A stretch of DNA of 64,000 nucleotides from Gemmatimonadales bacterium (GTDB lineage Bacteria; Gemmatimonadota; Gemmatimonadetes; Gemmatimonadales; GWC2-71-9), in assembly GCA_037189525.1 (NCBI GenBank), contig JBBCJC010000003.1:480001-544000 (forward strand), written 5' to 3'. How positions within the stretch are numbered: position 1 is the first letter of the stretch; every line of letters begins with the position of its first letter. Below the pieces are notes generated by a model, which saw only the letters and a program-made list of their open reading frames with translations, ran no database searches and was not told the DNA's origin. A program made the position numbers and the translations under genes. Positions 10,916 to 20,566 of the stretch are shown here, one piece after another.

Positions 10916-10973
10916 CCGATTGGCCCCGCTCGAATCGAGCGCTGAGGGTTACCAAGAAGTCATCTGGAGTCGT

Positions 10974-11021
10974 CAAAATCGCGGTATGGATCCCTGTCAG
11001 GGCTCCGTACCGCGATTTTTG
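10974..11021 (+). terminator. Intrinsic terminator downstream of the PEP-CTERM gene (possibly bidirectional)
   Basis: AAAATCGCGGTATGGA pairs with TCCGTACCGCGATTTT, with an A-tract on the left and a T-tract on the right. Confidence 0.75.
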
Positions 11022-11150
11022 TCATACTTGATCACGATCATACGTCGTTGGATGTAGTTAGGTGTGCAAATGGGAGTAGCGAGGCCAGTCACCACCCATT
11101 AGCCTTCCGCTACGCCTCGTGGGAGGATAATCAGTCACCAAGGGGTTCGA

Positions 11151-13091
11151 GTGGTCTACACCATTGAGAGACGACGGGTCAGGAACCGGTACCTTGCCTG
11201 GTTCGATCTGGTTGCGCTTTCACTTGTACTCGTTCTTGCCTACCTCGTCCGATTCGAGTCACTTCGCTTGCCACCGGAGCAGGCTGAGACGCTCATTCGG
11301 TTTCTCCCGATTGCGCTGCTGATCAAAATCCCGTTGCTCTTCTACGCCGGTCTGTATCGGCGTCTCTGGCGTCATGCGGGCGTCGTGGAACTCGAGCGAA
11401 TCAGCCTTACCACCGCGGTCGCGGGTGGTCTCACGTTCGTTGCGGGCGTCTGGGTCCTGCCGGCCGTTGGCTACCTCCCGATTCGGGTGCCGATGTCCGT
11501 GGCAGCCTTCGATGCGATCCTGACAACCGTGGTTGTCGCGCTTCCTCGCTTTCTCATTCGTTTGGTTGCGACTCGAGCGGTGCATCCAGCGCCGGATGAG
11601 GAGCGGAGGGTCATCATCGCCGGAGCAGGCGCGGCAGGTGAGCTGATCGCGAAAGAGCTGGTACGCAAAAGGGAGCTCGGTCTGCTGCCTGTTGCGTTCG
11701 TCGATGACGATCCTGCAAAACACGGACTGGAGCTCTGCGGGTTCCCGATCGTAGGGGCGCCGGAGCAGCTGGTCGACTTCCGTGAGCGGTTCGGCGCCGA
11801 GGAAGTCATCATTGCGATGCCGTCATCCTCGGGCAGCGCCATTCGACGCCTGATGCAATTGGCCGAGGCTGCCGGGCTCGAGACGCGAACGATCCCGGGA
11901 ATGTTCGAGATCCTGTCGGGGCGGTATAGCATCAATAACCTCCGCCCCGTCCAGATCGAAGACCTCTTGCGACGCGATCCGATTCGGATCGAGCTCGACC
12001 GCGTAGGTGAGCTCGTCGAAGGCCGTACCGTTCTGGTCTCCGGTGCGGGGGGCTCGATCGGCAGTGAGATTGCCCGTCAGGTGGCCTCATTGGGGCCTGG
12101 TGAGCTCGTCCTGCTCGGACATGGCGAGAACTCGATCTTCAACGTCACCCAGGAACTGACCGAACGCTTTCCAGGGGTCTCGATCATCCCCATCGTGGCT
12201 GACGTTCGCGACCGGATGCGCGTCGATCATACGTTTGCCACCTATCGACCCACCGTCGTGTTACATGCTGCGGCGCACAAGCATGTACCGCTGATGGAGA
12301 TCAACGTCGACGAGGCGATAACGAACAATATCGGTGGGTCTCGTAATATGGCCGAGGCCGCCGTCGAGTATGGCGTCGAACGATTCGTGATGATCTCGAC
12401 GGACAAAGCGGTCCGTTCCACGAATGTGATGGGGGCGACCAAACGAGCCGCCGAACAGGTGGTACAGGACCTGGCCTTGACGCATCGCAGGAACTTCATC
12501 TCGGTGCGCTTCGGAAACGTGCTGGGAAGTCGTGGCAGCGTGGTACCGATTTTCCTGCGGCAGATCGAAGCAGGCGGACCCGTCACGGTCACACATCCGG
12601 AAATGCGGCGTTACTTCATGACCATTCCGGAATCGGTCCAACTGGTGCTGCAGGCCGCCGTATTGGGACGCGGGGGAGAGGTCTTCGTTCTGGATATGGG
12701 TGAGCCGGTGCGCATCGTCGATTTGGCCCGGGATCTGATCCGCCTGTCCGGGCTCGAAGAGGGGAAGGACATCGATATCCAGTTTACCGGCGTTCGACCG
12801 GGCGAAAAGTTATACGAAGAGCTCTTCTTTGGTCGGGAACAAGCGGAAGCAACCGATCACGCCAAAGTTCTCCGTGCCAAGCATGCGGCGCTTCCCGGTG
12901 GCTTTGCCGAAGCCGTCGATGAGATCCTGGCCGATGCCATGCGGGGCCGATCGCATCAGGACTTGCTCCGGAGCCTCCAACGCCTCGTTCCGGACTATCG
13001 TCCAGAGGGCAGCGCCCACAATATCTCCGGACTGCGCGGGCGGTCCGATACGTTCGTAGGTGAACCGCAACGCGATGCCGATGTGAGTTGA
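11151..13091 (+). CDS. Membrane-bound UDP-GlcNAc 4,6-dehydratase (PglF/CapD/WbpM family)
   Basis: Four N-terminal TM helices, GAGAAG, IEDLLRR, GAGGSIGSE, HAAAHKHVPLME, STDKAV..TNVMGATK, VRFGNVLGSRGSV and GVRPGEKLYEEL. Confidence 0.95.
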   Translation: MVYTIERRRVRNRYLAWFDLVALSLVLVLAYLVRFESLRLPPEQAETLIRFLPIALLIKIPLLFYAGLYRRLWRHAGVVELERISLTTAVAGGLTFVAGVWVLPAVGYLPIRVPMSVAAFDAILTTVVVALPRFLIRLVATRAVHPAPDEERRVIIAGAGAAGELIAKELVRKRELGLLPVAFVDDDPAKHGLELCGFPIVGAPEQLVDFRERFGAEEVIIAMPSSSGSAIRRLMQLAEAAGLETRTIPGMFEILSGRYSINNLRPVQIEDLLRRDPIRIELDRVGELVEGRTVLVSGAGGSIGSEIARQVASLGPGELVLLGHGENSIFNVTQELTERFPGVSIIPIVADVRDRMRVDHTFATYRPTVVLHAAAHKHVPLMEINVDEAITNNIGGSRNMAEAAVEYGVERFVMISTDKAVRSTNVMGATKRAAEQVVQDLALTHRRNFISVRFGNVLGSRGSVVPIFLRQIEAGGPVTVTHPEMRRYFMTIPESVQLVLQAAVLGRGGEVFVLDMGEPVRIVDLARDLIRLSGLEEGKDIDIQFTGVRPGEKLYEELFFGREQAEATDHAKVLRAKHAALPGGFAEAVDEILADAMRGRSHQDLLRSLQRLVPDYRPEGSAHNISGLRGRSDTFVGEPQRDADVS

Positions 13092-13106
13092 CATCGGCAT
13101 CGTTCG

Positions 13107-15650
13107 CTATCGGGTGGCAACAACCACGATCGCTACGGTGCTCGCCAGGATCTGCGCGATCGATCCAATGAGTCCCGCCCAGTCCCGCCGTTCCGCCGGG
13201 TCCCGTTCGGGAACGAAGACTACCGCCCCCGGACTCGGCTTGGGCTTCGAGTCGGGGAGCAGAAAACGTCGTTTGACGCTCTCGACCGATCCGCTGGGCT
13301 GCATGAGGTAGGTACGACCTCGGTCGGCCTGTCGTGAGTATCCGCCTGCCGCACCGACGTAATCATCCACATCCCATCCGTCGCGATGTACCAGCGTGGT
13401 CGGGGCGTTGACCGCCCCCAGGATCCGGACCGTCGGATCGAACTCGGGAATATGCAACGAGTCACCAGCGAACAGGATGACGTTCTCCCGGATGGTGCGA
13501 TTCTCCAGCGCCCTCGGCAAGTTGAGGCCGACTCGCTCCGCCAGGCGCGTACCAATGGTTCGCGAACTCATATCGCCCGACTCGGACGTGTCCGTGGTGA
13601 TCGTAAGCCGCTTGAGGAGTTCCTCGTGGGACTCGAGCGTCGTAAACCGACGGAAGAGTGCCGCGCCCAGCGGATAGGCTTCGCGCGTCAGACCTCCGGC
13701 CCGATCGATCAGGTCCGTCAACCGATCGGTCCGGCTCTGCAAGGAATACACGCCGGGAAAGCGGACCTGCCCGGTCAGCACCACGCGACGCTGTAACTCC
13801 CAATCCGGCTGGCGGAAGATCAGGACGTTGTCATAGGGCTCGAGCACGATTTCCGGAGCGCCGCGGGCTCGACCAGGCATGCCCGGTGGACCTTGATAGG
13901 AGCCGTCGGGTCCCCGATCGAAGAGGTAGGTCGAGTCCAGTGCCGCGCGGAACGTAGCGGCGATGGCGCCGCTGGAACGGTCTTCCGGCAGCCGCGCGAT
14001 TTCGGCTTCCTGGAGCCACGCCTCCTGGGTCACGCCACCGGCATCGAGGATGGCGTCGCGCAGCGTCATGCCGGTCCGGTAAGGCACACGTCCTGACTGA
14101 TTCACCGCGCCGGTCACCACGACGTATCGGGTCGGACGGAAGGAGGTCCGGGAATACACCGTGACGTGATCGTCTTCTTGCAACGTCAAGTCATCGGTGA
14201 TCCGCCCGGTGGTATCGGCAAAGGCTGATCGCAACTGGAAACGCGTCGAATCGCGCTCCAACCGGGAAATCAGGATCTGATCGAGATAGACGTCGGGTTT
14301 GGGGCCGCCCGCCAGCTGAATGGCCTGACTGAGGCGCATCCCGGTACGGAAACCCACTTGCCCTTCGTTCCAGACGTTACCGCTGACCGTCACGACATTG
14401 CGGCGCCGCTCGGCCACGGAAAAGACTCGTACGACGTCTCCCGCCACCAGCGCAAACGGCGGAGCGAGGTCCTCGGTAACCTGCTCCTCGGCGATATCCA
14501 GAAGGACTCGGTCCCGGCCGCCCACCCCTCGTTCGGTCGGGGGCAGGATACGCTCGATCTGAATCCGTCGCCGGAGCGCAGTCGGTTCGAAGCCGCCGGC
14601 GGCGACGATCAGGTCGCGCAGTGTTTCACCGGCAGCCAATTCGTAGATGGCCGGTCGGGTGACGGCGCCCCCGACAGTGACCTGCGGCCCCCGCACCGGA
14701 ACGAAGACCACGTCGCCCGACTCGAGACGGATGTCGTGGGTGTTGGCCCCGCGGAGCAGGTAGTCGTAGATGTCGAGGCTGTCGATCAGTTGTCCGGCCC
14801 GGCGGATCTCGATTCGCCGGAAGCTGCCCTGTGGCGTGGGACCGCCAGCCAGGTAGAGTGCCGTCAGCACCGTGCCGGCGCTCGAGACCTGATACGAACC
14901 CGGCAGGGCAACATCGCCCACCACGAAGATCTGGTTGGTGCGGAGCCGGGAGACCGTGACCTGGAAGCGGGTTCGGGCATCGGGGCTCCGGCTGACGCCG
15001 CTGTAGACCCGGCCCAGCCGCGAATACAGCAGGCTTTCCAATCCCTCCATCGTGAGGCCGGCCACATGCAGCTGGCCCACCTGCGGAATCACGATGAACC
15101 CCTCTCGGGTCACATCGAGCGTATGCGCAAGCTCGACGTCGCCGGTCAGGATCAGGACTAGCCCGTCACCGGGGCCAAGGCGATAGGATGGATCGACCGG
15201 GCCGGTCACCGAGGGGGTGAACTGCGTGGTGACACGGCGAAACACTTCGAGTCCGAAGATGCGGCGCGAGGTGGTATCGGTTCCAGAGAGATGAATGTCC
15301 TGGCGCGGCGCGCCGGGGACGCCGGTGATCGAGTCGACGATGTCGTCGTCGGCCGTGAGTCCCAGCGCTCGAATCGCGCTCAAGGTACTGGCGGACGGCT
15401 CACCAGCCGAGGTATCGAGTTGCGTGCTCATGTAGCTGTCGAGGAGCGTCGCGGGGTAACCCGCCGCCACCAGTCGGGCCCGAATCTGGTCCGGCGTCAG
15501 TCCCGATCCGGCAATCTGATCTCGTACTCGGTTCTGGAGATCGGGTCTGGCGCGCAGGAGGGCCTGAGCTTGCTCTGGTGTCGGACGCTGCGCAGTCGCC
15601 GCCGAAGCAAGCGAAGCGAGCGACAGCACAATCAACCACAAACAGCGCAT
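13107..15650 (-). CDS. Polysaccharide export protein with SLBB repeats (Wza/KpsD-like)
   Basis: Signal peptide, IFGLEVF, YRLGPGD Poly_export domain, several SLBB repeats (G.V..PG.Y, AGG) and a C-terminal helix. ATG 15650 has a GAGAGGA RBS; GTG 15674 is an alternative start. Confidence 0.88.
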   Translation of the reverse strand: MRCLWLIVLSLASLASAATAQRPTPEQAQALLRARPDLQNRVRDQIAGSGLTPDQIRARLVAAGYPATLLDSYMSTQLDTSAGEPSASTLSAIRALGLTADDDIVDSITGVPGAPRQDIHLSGTDTTSRRIFGLEVFRRVTTQFTPSVTGPVDPSYRLGPGDGLVLILTGDVELAHTLDVTREGFIVIPQVGQLHVAGLTMEGLESLLYSRLGRVYSGVSRSPDARTRFQVTVSRLRTNQIFVVGDVALPGSYQVSSAGTVLTALYLAGGPTPQGSFRRIEIRRAGQLIDSLDIYDYLLRGANTHDIRLESGDVVFVPVRGPQVTVGGAVTRPAIYELAAGETLRDLIVAAGGFEPTALRRRIQIERILPPTERGVGGRDRVLLDIAEEQVTEDLAPPFALVAGDVVRVFSVAERRRNVVTVSGNVWNEGQVGFRTGMRLSQAIQLAGGPKPDVYLDQILISRLERDSTRFQLRSAFADTTGRITDDLTLQEDDHVTVYSRTSFRPTRYVVVTGAVNQSGRVPYRTGMTLRDAILDAGGVTQEAWLQEAEIARLPEDRSSGAIAATFRAALDSTYLFDRGPDGSYQGPPGMPGRARGAPEIVLEPYDNVLIFRQPDWELQRRVVLTGQVRFPGVYSLQSRTDRLTDLIDRAGGLTREAYPLGAALFRRFTTLESHEELLKRLTITTDTSESGDMSSRTIGTRLAERVGLNLPRALENRTIRENVILFAGDSLHIPEFDPTVRILGAVNAPTTLVHRDGWDVDDYVGAAGGYSRQADRGRTYLMQPSGSVESVKRRFLLPDSKPKPSPGAVVFVPERDPAERRDWAGLIGSIAQILASTVAIVVVATR

Positions 15651-15670
15651 CGGCAATCCTCTCGATCGAG

Positions 15671-16795
15671 TCACATCTCACCAAACATAGCCGCGCCGCC
15701 CGGTGCACCCGCACCCGATGTCGGCGCTGTGGCGTGTTCTACGACAGCCTGCCAGAACGCCACCGTACGCTCCGCCACGACCGCGGAGGTATACCGGCTC
15801 ATCACCCACTGCCGGGCGGTCGTTCCGCTCGCTCGGCAGGCATCGGGATCACTGACCCACCGCTGCAGCGCTTCCGCCAGTTCCGTCTCATTCGCAACCA
15901 CCGGCCCGGCTCGGCCCACCAGCTCCGGAAGCGCTCCGGCCCGGGTCACGATCGGGGCAATCCCTCGACTCATGGCATCCAGCAGCAGCGGTGCCTGATG
16001 GTCGACCCAGTCTGGCGTGTCGCGCGAGGGCACCACGAGACAGTCGATCTGCTGCCAGAGCTGTTCGATCATTTCCGCTCGGAGCCCGCCCAGCCAGCGG
16101 ACCCGGGCTGCGAGCCCCAACCGCTGCACCGTCTGCTCCAGCCGCTCCTGCTCCGGGCCGGTGCCGGCAATGATGGCGCGCCACTGGCCAAAGGTCTGGC
16201 CCAGCGCGGCTAGCAGCAGGTCGGCGCCACGCTCGACCACCAGGCGTCCGGCAAAACCGACGACCAGTTCCCGTCGCCCTTCGCGTGGTTGGATCGGCCC
16301 CATCACCAGTCCGGATGAGGGAATGGCCGCCGCCAGGGCTTGTGGCGCCCGCTGGTGCAGCAGATCCATGGCCAGGCGGTTCCCGCCCATCACGCCCTGG
16401 GCGTGGCGAAGGATGCCGGTCATGCGCCGGCGGGTCAGGAATCCGAACGACCGCGCCGTCGAACGCCAGCCAAACAAGACGTACGGCACCCCGATCTTCT
16501 TGCACACGTTCGCCGCGGCTATGGCAAGCGGCGTGTCCGGCTCGGCTTCGATATGCACCAGGGTCGGGCCGACCTCTGCCAGAACCCGGCGCAGGGTGGG
16601 CACGTGCCATCGCAGCGTCTCCGGTTCGGCCGCGTCGCCACGAACGGGCACCGGAACGATCCGAATCCCGGCATCGGTGCCTGTGGTGCCGCCCGGAATG
16701 GCCAGCACCACCTCGATGCCAAGGGCCGCAATCGCCCTCAGGCGATCGCGGTTGGCAGGGTCATGACATTGATGGGACAAAACGAGCGTACGCAC
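15671..16795 (-). CDS. Glycosyltransferase family 4
   Basis: VHIEAEP, GFAGRLVVERG, DCLVVPS and LLDAMSRG; start GTG 16795 inferred (VRTLVLSH). Confidence 0.8.
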   Translation of the reverse strand: MRTLVLSHQCHDPANRDRLRAIAALGIEVVLAIPGGTTGTDAGIRIVPVPVRGDAAEPETLRWHVPTLRRVLAEVGPTLVHIEAEPDTPLAIAAANVCKKIGVPYVLFGWRSTARSFGFLTRRRMTGILRHAQGVMGGNRLAMDLLHQRAPQALAAAIPSSGLVMGPIQPREGRRELVVGFAGRLVVERGADLLLAALGQTFGQWRAIIAGTGPEQERLEQTVQRLGLAARVRWLGGLRAEMIEQLWQQIDCLVVPSRDTPDWVDHQAPLLLDAMSRGIAPIVTRAGALPELVGRAGPVVANETELAEALQRWVSDPDACRASGTTARQWVMSRYTSAVVAERTVAFWQAVVEHATAPTSGAGAPGGAAMFGEM

Positions 16796-16857
16796 GGGGC
16801 GAATTATGGGGCCGCCGAGCGTAAGATTGTAGCGGTCTGCGCCAATCCGATCGGGTA

Positions 16858-18225
16858 CTATCGACGGGTCCAGAGCAACACGGCGCCGCAACTCGTGGCC
16901 GGGCTCGCGTACTGCATCGGGACACGCTCGGAGTTGTTGAAGACCTCGATGCCGTCGATCTCTTCCTTCGGCAGATTCACCATGGCCTGGGCCGGCGTGA
17001 GCATGCCGTTGACCAGGAGCGCCATCTCACAGCCGCTCGCGCCGCCCGAACCGGCGCGGGCGTTCTGATTGATCAGCGTGAGACCATTGCGACCCTCTTC
17101 CAGCCGGATGAAGGGCAGCTGGCGGAAGACGTCGCCGGCGACCATGACGGCCATGCGATCGATGTTGTCCCGGTCCATGAACCGGCCGAAGCCCATCACT
17201 CGGCGTTCGTTGAAGCCGGACTGCTCGGCGCGGTTGACCGCGCGTCCCTCGACCTTGATCTCTTCGAGGACGACGGGCTGCGCAGGCAGGGTCATGGTGA
17301 CATCGGTGCTCCGGCCGGAGGCCAGGGATACCGTTTGCTGACCCGGGCTCGACCCGATCCGACGCGCCGCGACGACGGCCGTGCCCGGGGCCAGTTCGGT
17401 CAGCGTGAAGACGCCCGATGAGTCGGTCCGCGCAACGGCGCTCTGCTGGCCTCGCGCCGTGGTGACCCAGACATCGGCGTCGGCCAGCGGGCGACGGTTG
17501 TTGTCGAGGATCCGCCCCGTCAGGATCGCATCCGCGGCCGCGCCTTCCGGCGCCAGGCTCAGGTGGAGCGGCACCGCTTCCTCGCTGCGGATGTTCACGT
17601 CACCCGTCGCGATCTGGAAACCCTGCGCGGTCCCGGTCACGGTTACCGCCGCGACTTCCGTGGCCGGCGGCAGATCGCAGAGGATATAGAGCCCGGTGGA
17701 GTCGGTCACCGCGTCGCGGGTAATGATCCGCCGGCGCGGTCCCAGCGACGCATCCAGATAGAGTTCGCCCCATGCCGCTTTGACTTGCACGTCTTTGACC
17801 GGTTCGTCGGTCGACGTGTTTCGCACCACCCCGAAGACGGCGGCCCGGCTGTTGAGACCGGACTGGACCGGGCAGAGGCGCATGAAGGTGCGACCGGACG
17901 GAATGCCGAGTGCCACCCGTGTGACGGCGCCGGCAGTCAGCACCACGTTCACATTGGTGCTCCGGATGCCTAACGTATCGAGGGCCGGGTGGCGGAACCC
18001 GACGGTGTACTCGCCGGGGGCCAGGCTGTCGACGGTGAACCGTCCGGCAGCATCGGTGTAGATGGTTCGGGAGACGCCGCTGATCAGGATCTGGGCGCCC
18101 GAGAGGCGCCGGCGATTCAGCGTGTCGACGACCGTACCGGTCAGGCCAGCCGTCTGGGCGGCCAGTTCGGCCCCCACAGTGCCCAGGACCGCGGTCAGAA
18201 TCAGAACAGCGAGGCGGCGACGCAT
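16858..18225 (-). CDS. Secreted carboxypeptidase-regulatory-like (Cna-B/Ig) repeat protein with C-terminal TonB-plug-like domain
   Basis: Signal peptide, three G.V.D...P..GA.V / TD..G.F repeats, then GFNERR..GFGRF and EIDGIEVF...CGAVLLWTRR; no beta-barrel. Confidence 0.7.
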   Translation of the reverse strand: MRRRLAVLILTAVLGTVGAELAAQTAGLTGTVVDTLNRRRLSGAQILISGVSRTIYTDAAGRFTVDSLAPGEYTVGFRHPALDTLGIRSTNVNVVLTAGAVTRVALGIPSGRTFMRLCPVQSGLNSRAAVFGVVRNTSTDEPVKDVQVKAAWGELYLDASLGPRRRIITRDAVTDSTGLYILCDLPPATEVAAVTVTGTAQGFQIATGDVNIRSEEAVPLHLSLAPEGAAADAILTGRILDNNRRPLADADVWVTTARGQQSAVARTDSSGVFTLTELAPGTAVVAARRIGSSPGQQTVSLASGRSTDVTMTLPAQPVVLEEIKVEGRAVNRAEQSGFNERRVMGFGRFMDRDNIDRMAVMVAGDVFRQLPFIRLEEGRNGLTLINQNARAGSGGASGCEMALLVNGMLTPAQAMVNLPKEEIDGIEVFNNSERVPMQYASPATSCGAVLLWTRR

Positions 18226-18385
18226 CCCGTCACGATAGGACGGGGCGGGGCAGAATGCAACCGGATCGCGCCCGGTACAGGCCCCGGACTCGGTGGCTTT
18301 GATTTCGGCGATCGCCTATACTCCACCCGACCTTTTCCGGGTGGCGGAGACCGCCGGCCCGGGTCGTCCCATCCGGAGTTGTGCC

Positions 18386-19921
18386 ATGAAGCTGTCATTG
18401 CTCGCCTGTGGTGCCGTCCTCGTCCTCATGCCGCTCGGCCTGTCCGCCCAGGAGCGGCTCGATCAAGCGGCCATCAGCCGGATCAAGCAGGAGGGCTTCA
18501 CCCGCTCGCAGGTGATGGAAACGGCCAGCTGGCTCACCGACGTCTACGGTCCGCGGCTCACCAACTCGCCGATTGCGCGGCAAGCGGGCGATTGGGCGGT
18601 CGGCCGGCTGGCGTCGTACGGATTGACCAATCCGCATCTCGAGTGGTTCGACTTCGGACGAGGCTGGATCAACGAGCGGTCGGTGGCCCAGGTCGTCTCG
18701 CCGGTTCCGTATCCTGTGCATGTCTTTCCGGGGGCATGGACCGTCGGAACCAATGGGCCGGGCACCCACGATGTGACCATCGTGACGCTGCCGGCAGAGG
18801 CCACCGAAGCCGACTTTGCCCGCTATCGCGGGACCCTTCGCGGCAAGGTGGTGCTGGCCGCACCGCTGCCGGTCGTTACTCCGATGTTCGTTCCGCCGGG
18901 CCGGCGCCTGACGACCCGGGATCTCGACTCGCTGGCCGCCGTCACGCCCCCGCCTGCGGCGGCACCGATGGGTGGCCCGCCTCGTCCGGGCAGTGGTCCG
19001 ACGCCGGCGGAGATTCGGAACCGCTTCTGGGTCGAAGAAGGGGTCGCCGCGGTGTTCACGCCCGGAGCCGCTCGCGGGAACAGCGGCAGTGTGTCGAACG
19101 GCCCGACCGGCAACCGGCAGCCCAACGCGCCGGCGAGTGTACCGCAGCTGGCGGTGGCCACTGAGCACTACGGCCGGATGTACCGGCAGATCGAAAAGGG
19201 GATTCCGGTCCGGATCGAACTCGACATCCGGAACCGCTTTACCGATGACCTGCAGGCCTTCAACGTGGTGGCCGACCTTCCGGGCAGCGATCCGCGCCTC
19301 AAGGATGAGGTCGTGATGATCGGCGCGCACTTCGATTCGTGGCACAACGCGACCGGCGCGACGGACAATGCCGGATCGTCTGCCGTGATGATGGAGGCGA
19401 TGCGCATCCTCAAAGCCTCGGGCGTGCCGCTCAAGCGGACGGTGCGGATCGGTCTCTGGACCGGCGAGGAGCAGGGGCTGATCGGGGCGCGCGAGTATGT
19501 CGCGCAGCACTTCGGGACCGCGGCGTCTCCCAAGCCCGGTCATGCCAAGCTGTCGGTCTATTTCAACCAGGACAACGGCGCCGGCGCCATTCGGGGTATC
19601 TGGGCGCAGGGCAACGACGGGGCGGCCGCGGTCTTTCGTCAGTGGCTTCCGGCCGTCGACTCCGACAGTATTTCGGTGCGGCACATCACTCGGCTCAATA
19701 CCGGGTCGACCGACCACATCGCGTTCGATCGGGCCGGGTTGCCGGGCTTCCAGTTCCTGCAGGACCCGATGGAGTACGGTACGCGCACGCACCACTCCAG
19801 TCAGGATTTCTTCGAGCGGCTGGTCGAGGGTGACATGAAACACAATGCCGTCGTCATCGCCATCTTTGCGTACCTTGCGGCGAATCGCGACGACCGGATA
19901 CCGCGGAATCTGATTCCGTAG
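18386..19921 (+). CDS. M28 family peptidase (carboxypeptidase Q-like)
   Basis: Signal peptide; LTDVYGPRLTNSP, GAHFDSW, GATDNAG, GEEQGL, YFNQDNG and THHS metal-ligand motifs. Confidence 0.9.
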   Translation: MKLSLLACGAVLVLMPLGLSAQERLDQAAISRIKQEGFTRSQVMETASWLTDVYGPRLTNSPIARQAGDWAVGRLASYGLTNPHLEWFDFGRGWINERSVAQVVSPVPYPVHVFPGAWTVGTNGPGTHDVTIVTLPAEATEADFARYRGTLRGKVVLAAPLPVVTPMFVPPGRRLTTRDLDSLAAVTPPPAAAPMGGPPRPGSGPTPAEIRNRFWVEEGVAAVFTPGAARGNSGSVSNGPTGNRQPNAPASVPQLAVATEHYGRMYRQIEKGIPVRIELDIRNRFTDDLQAFNVVADLPGSDPRLKDEVVMIGAHFDSWHNATGATDNAGSSAVMMEAMRILKASGVPLKRTVRIGLWTGEEQGLIGAREYVAQHFGTAASPKPGHAKLSVYFNQDNGAGAIRGIWAQGNDGAAAVFRQWLPAVDSDSISVRHITRLNTGSTDHIAFDRAGLPGFQFLQDPMEYGTRTHHSSQDFFERLVEGDMKHNAVVIAIFAYLAANRDDRIPRNLIP

Positions 19922-19932
19922 CATCGGTTCGG

Positions 19933-20006
19933 GGGCCCTTAGCTCAGGCGGTTAGAGCAGCGGACTCATAATCCGTAGGTCCTGGGTTCGAATCCCAGAG
20001 GGCCCA
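19933..20006 (+). tRNA. tRNA with CAT anticodon, most likely tRNA-Ile2 (lysidine-modified)
   Basis: Cloverleaf GGGCCCT/AGGGCCC acceptor stem, TAGCTCAG D-arm, CTCATAA anticodon loop and GTTCGAATC T-loop. Sequence resembles ileX rather than initiator or elongator Met. No encoded CCA. Confidence 0.9.
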
Positions 20007-20069
20007 TTCGCTTTCCCTCCGCTGCCATCGTTCCTGCGGTGGCAGTTCGTCCCTCGAGATCGATACTGC

Positions 20070-20519
20070 ATGCGTCTCTGGACCGTTCACCCTCGGCATC
20101 TCGATGTGCGTGGCCTGGTGGCGCTCTGGCGGGAAGGTCTGCTGGCGCGGGCCGTGTTCCGGAACGAGACGCGCGGCTACCGCAACCATCCGCAACTCGA
20201 ACGCTTCAAAGCGGCCCGCGATCCGGTCGGAAGCATCAATGCCTACCTGGCGGAGGTGCTCGATGAGTCGGTGCGCCGAGGCTACCGGTTCGACGGCCGC
20301 AAGATCCGGGGTCGGCGAGCTCCGGAGCGCATCGCTGAAACCCGAGGACAGTTGCAGTACGAATGGGGGCACTTGCTTCGCAAGCTCGCAACTCGCGATC
20401 CGGCGGCATTTGCCGCGGCATCTGGGCTGGATCGGCCCGATGCCCACCCGTCATTCCGGATCGTGGCCGGTGGGATACGGGCGTGGGAGCGGACCGAGCC
20501 TGTTGCGCGCGGTGCCTAA
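20070..20519 (+). CDS. Pyrimidine-dimer DNA glycosylase / T4 endonuclease V family
   Basis: MRLWTVHPRHLD..GLVALWREGLLA, GYRNHPQLERF, RRGYRFD and GQLQYEWGHL motifs. Confidence 0.85.
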   Translation: MRLWTVHPRHLDVRGLVALWREGLLARAVFRNETRGYRNHPQLERFKAARDPVGSINAYLAEVLDESVRRGYRFDGRKIRGRRAPERIAETRGQLQYEWGHLLRKLATRDPAAFAAASGLDRPDAHPSFRIVAGGIRAWERTEPVARGA

Positions 20520-20566
20520 CGGAAACGCCGAGCGCCGCCGATCCTGGGGCGACGGTGCCAGCAAGA

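Noticed and set aside
18395..19924. 509-aa antisense ORF opposite the M28 peptidase (similar cases at 39164-40633, 42080-43363 and 60163-61353)
   Set aside because: Shadow ORFs expected from high GC3 codon bias; no motifs, and they fully overlap well-supported genes.
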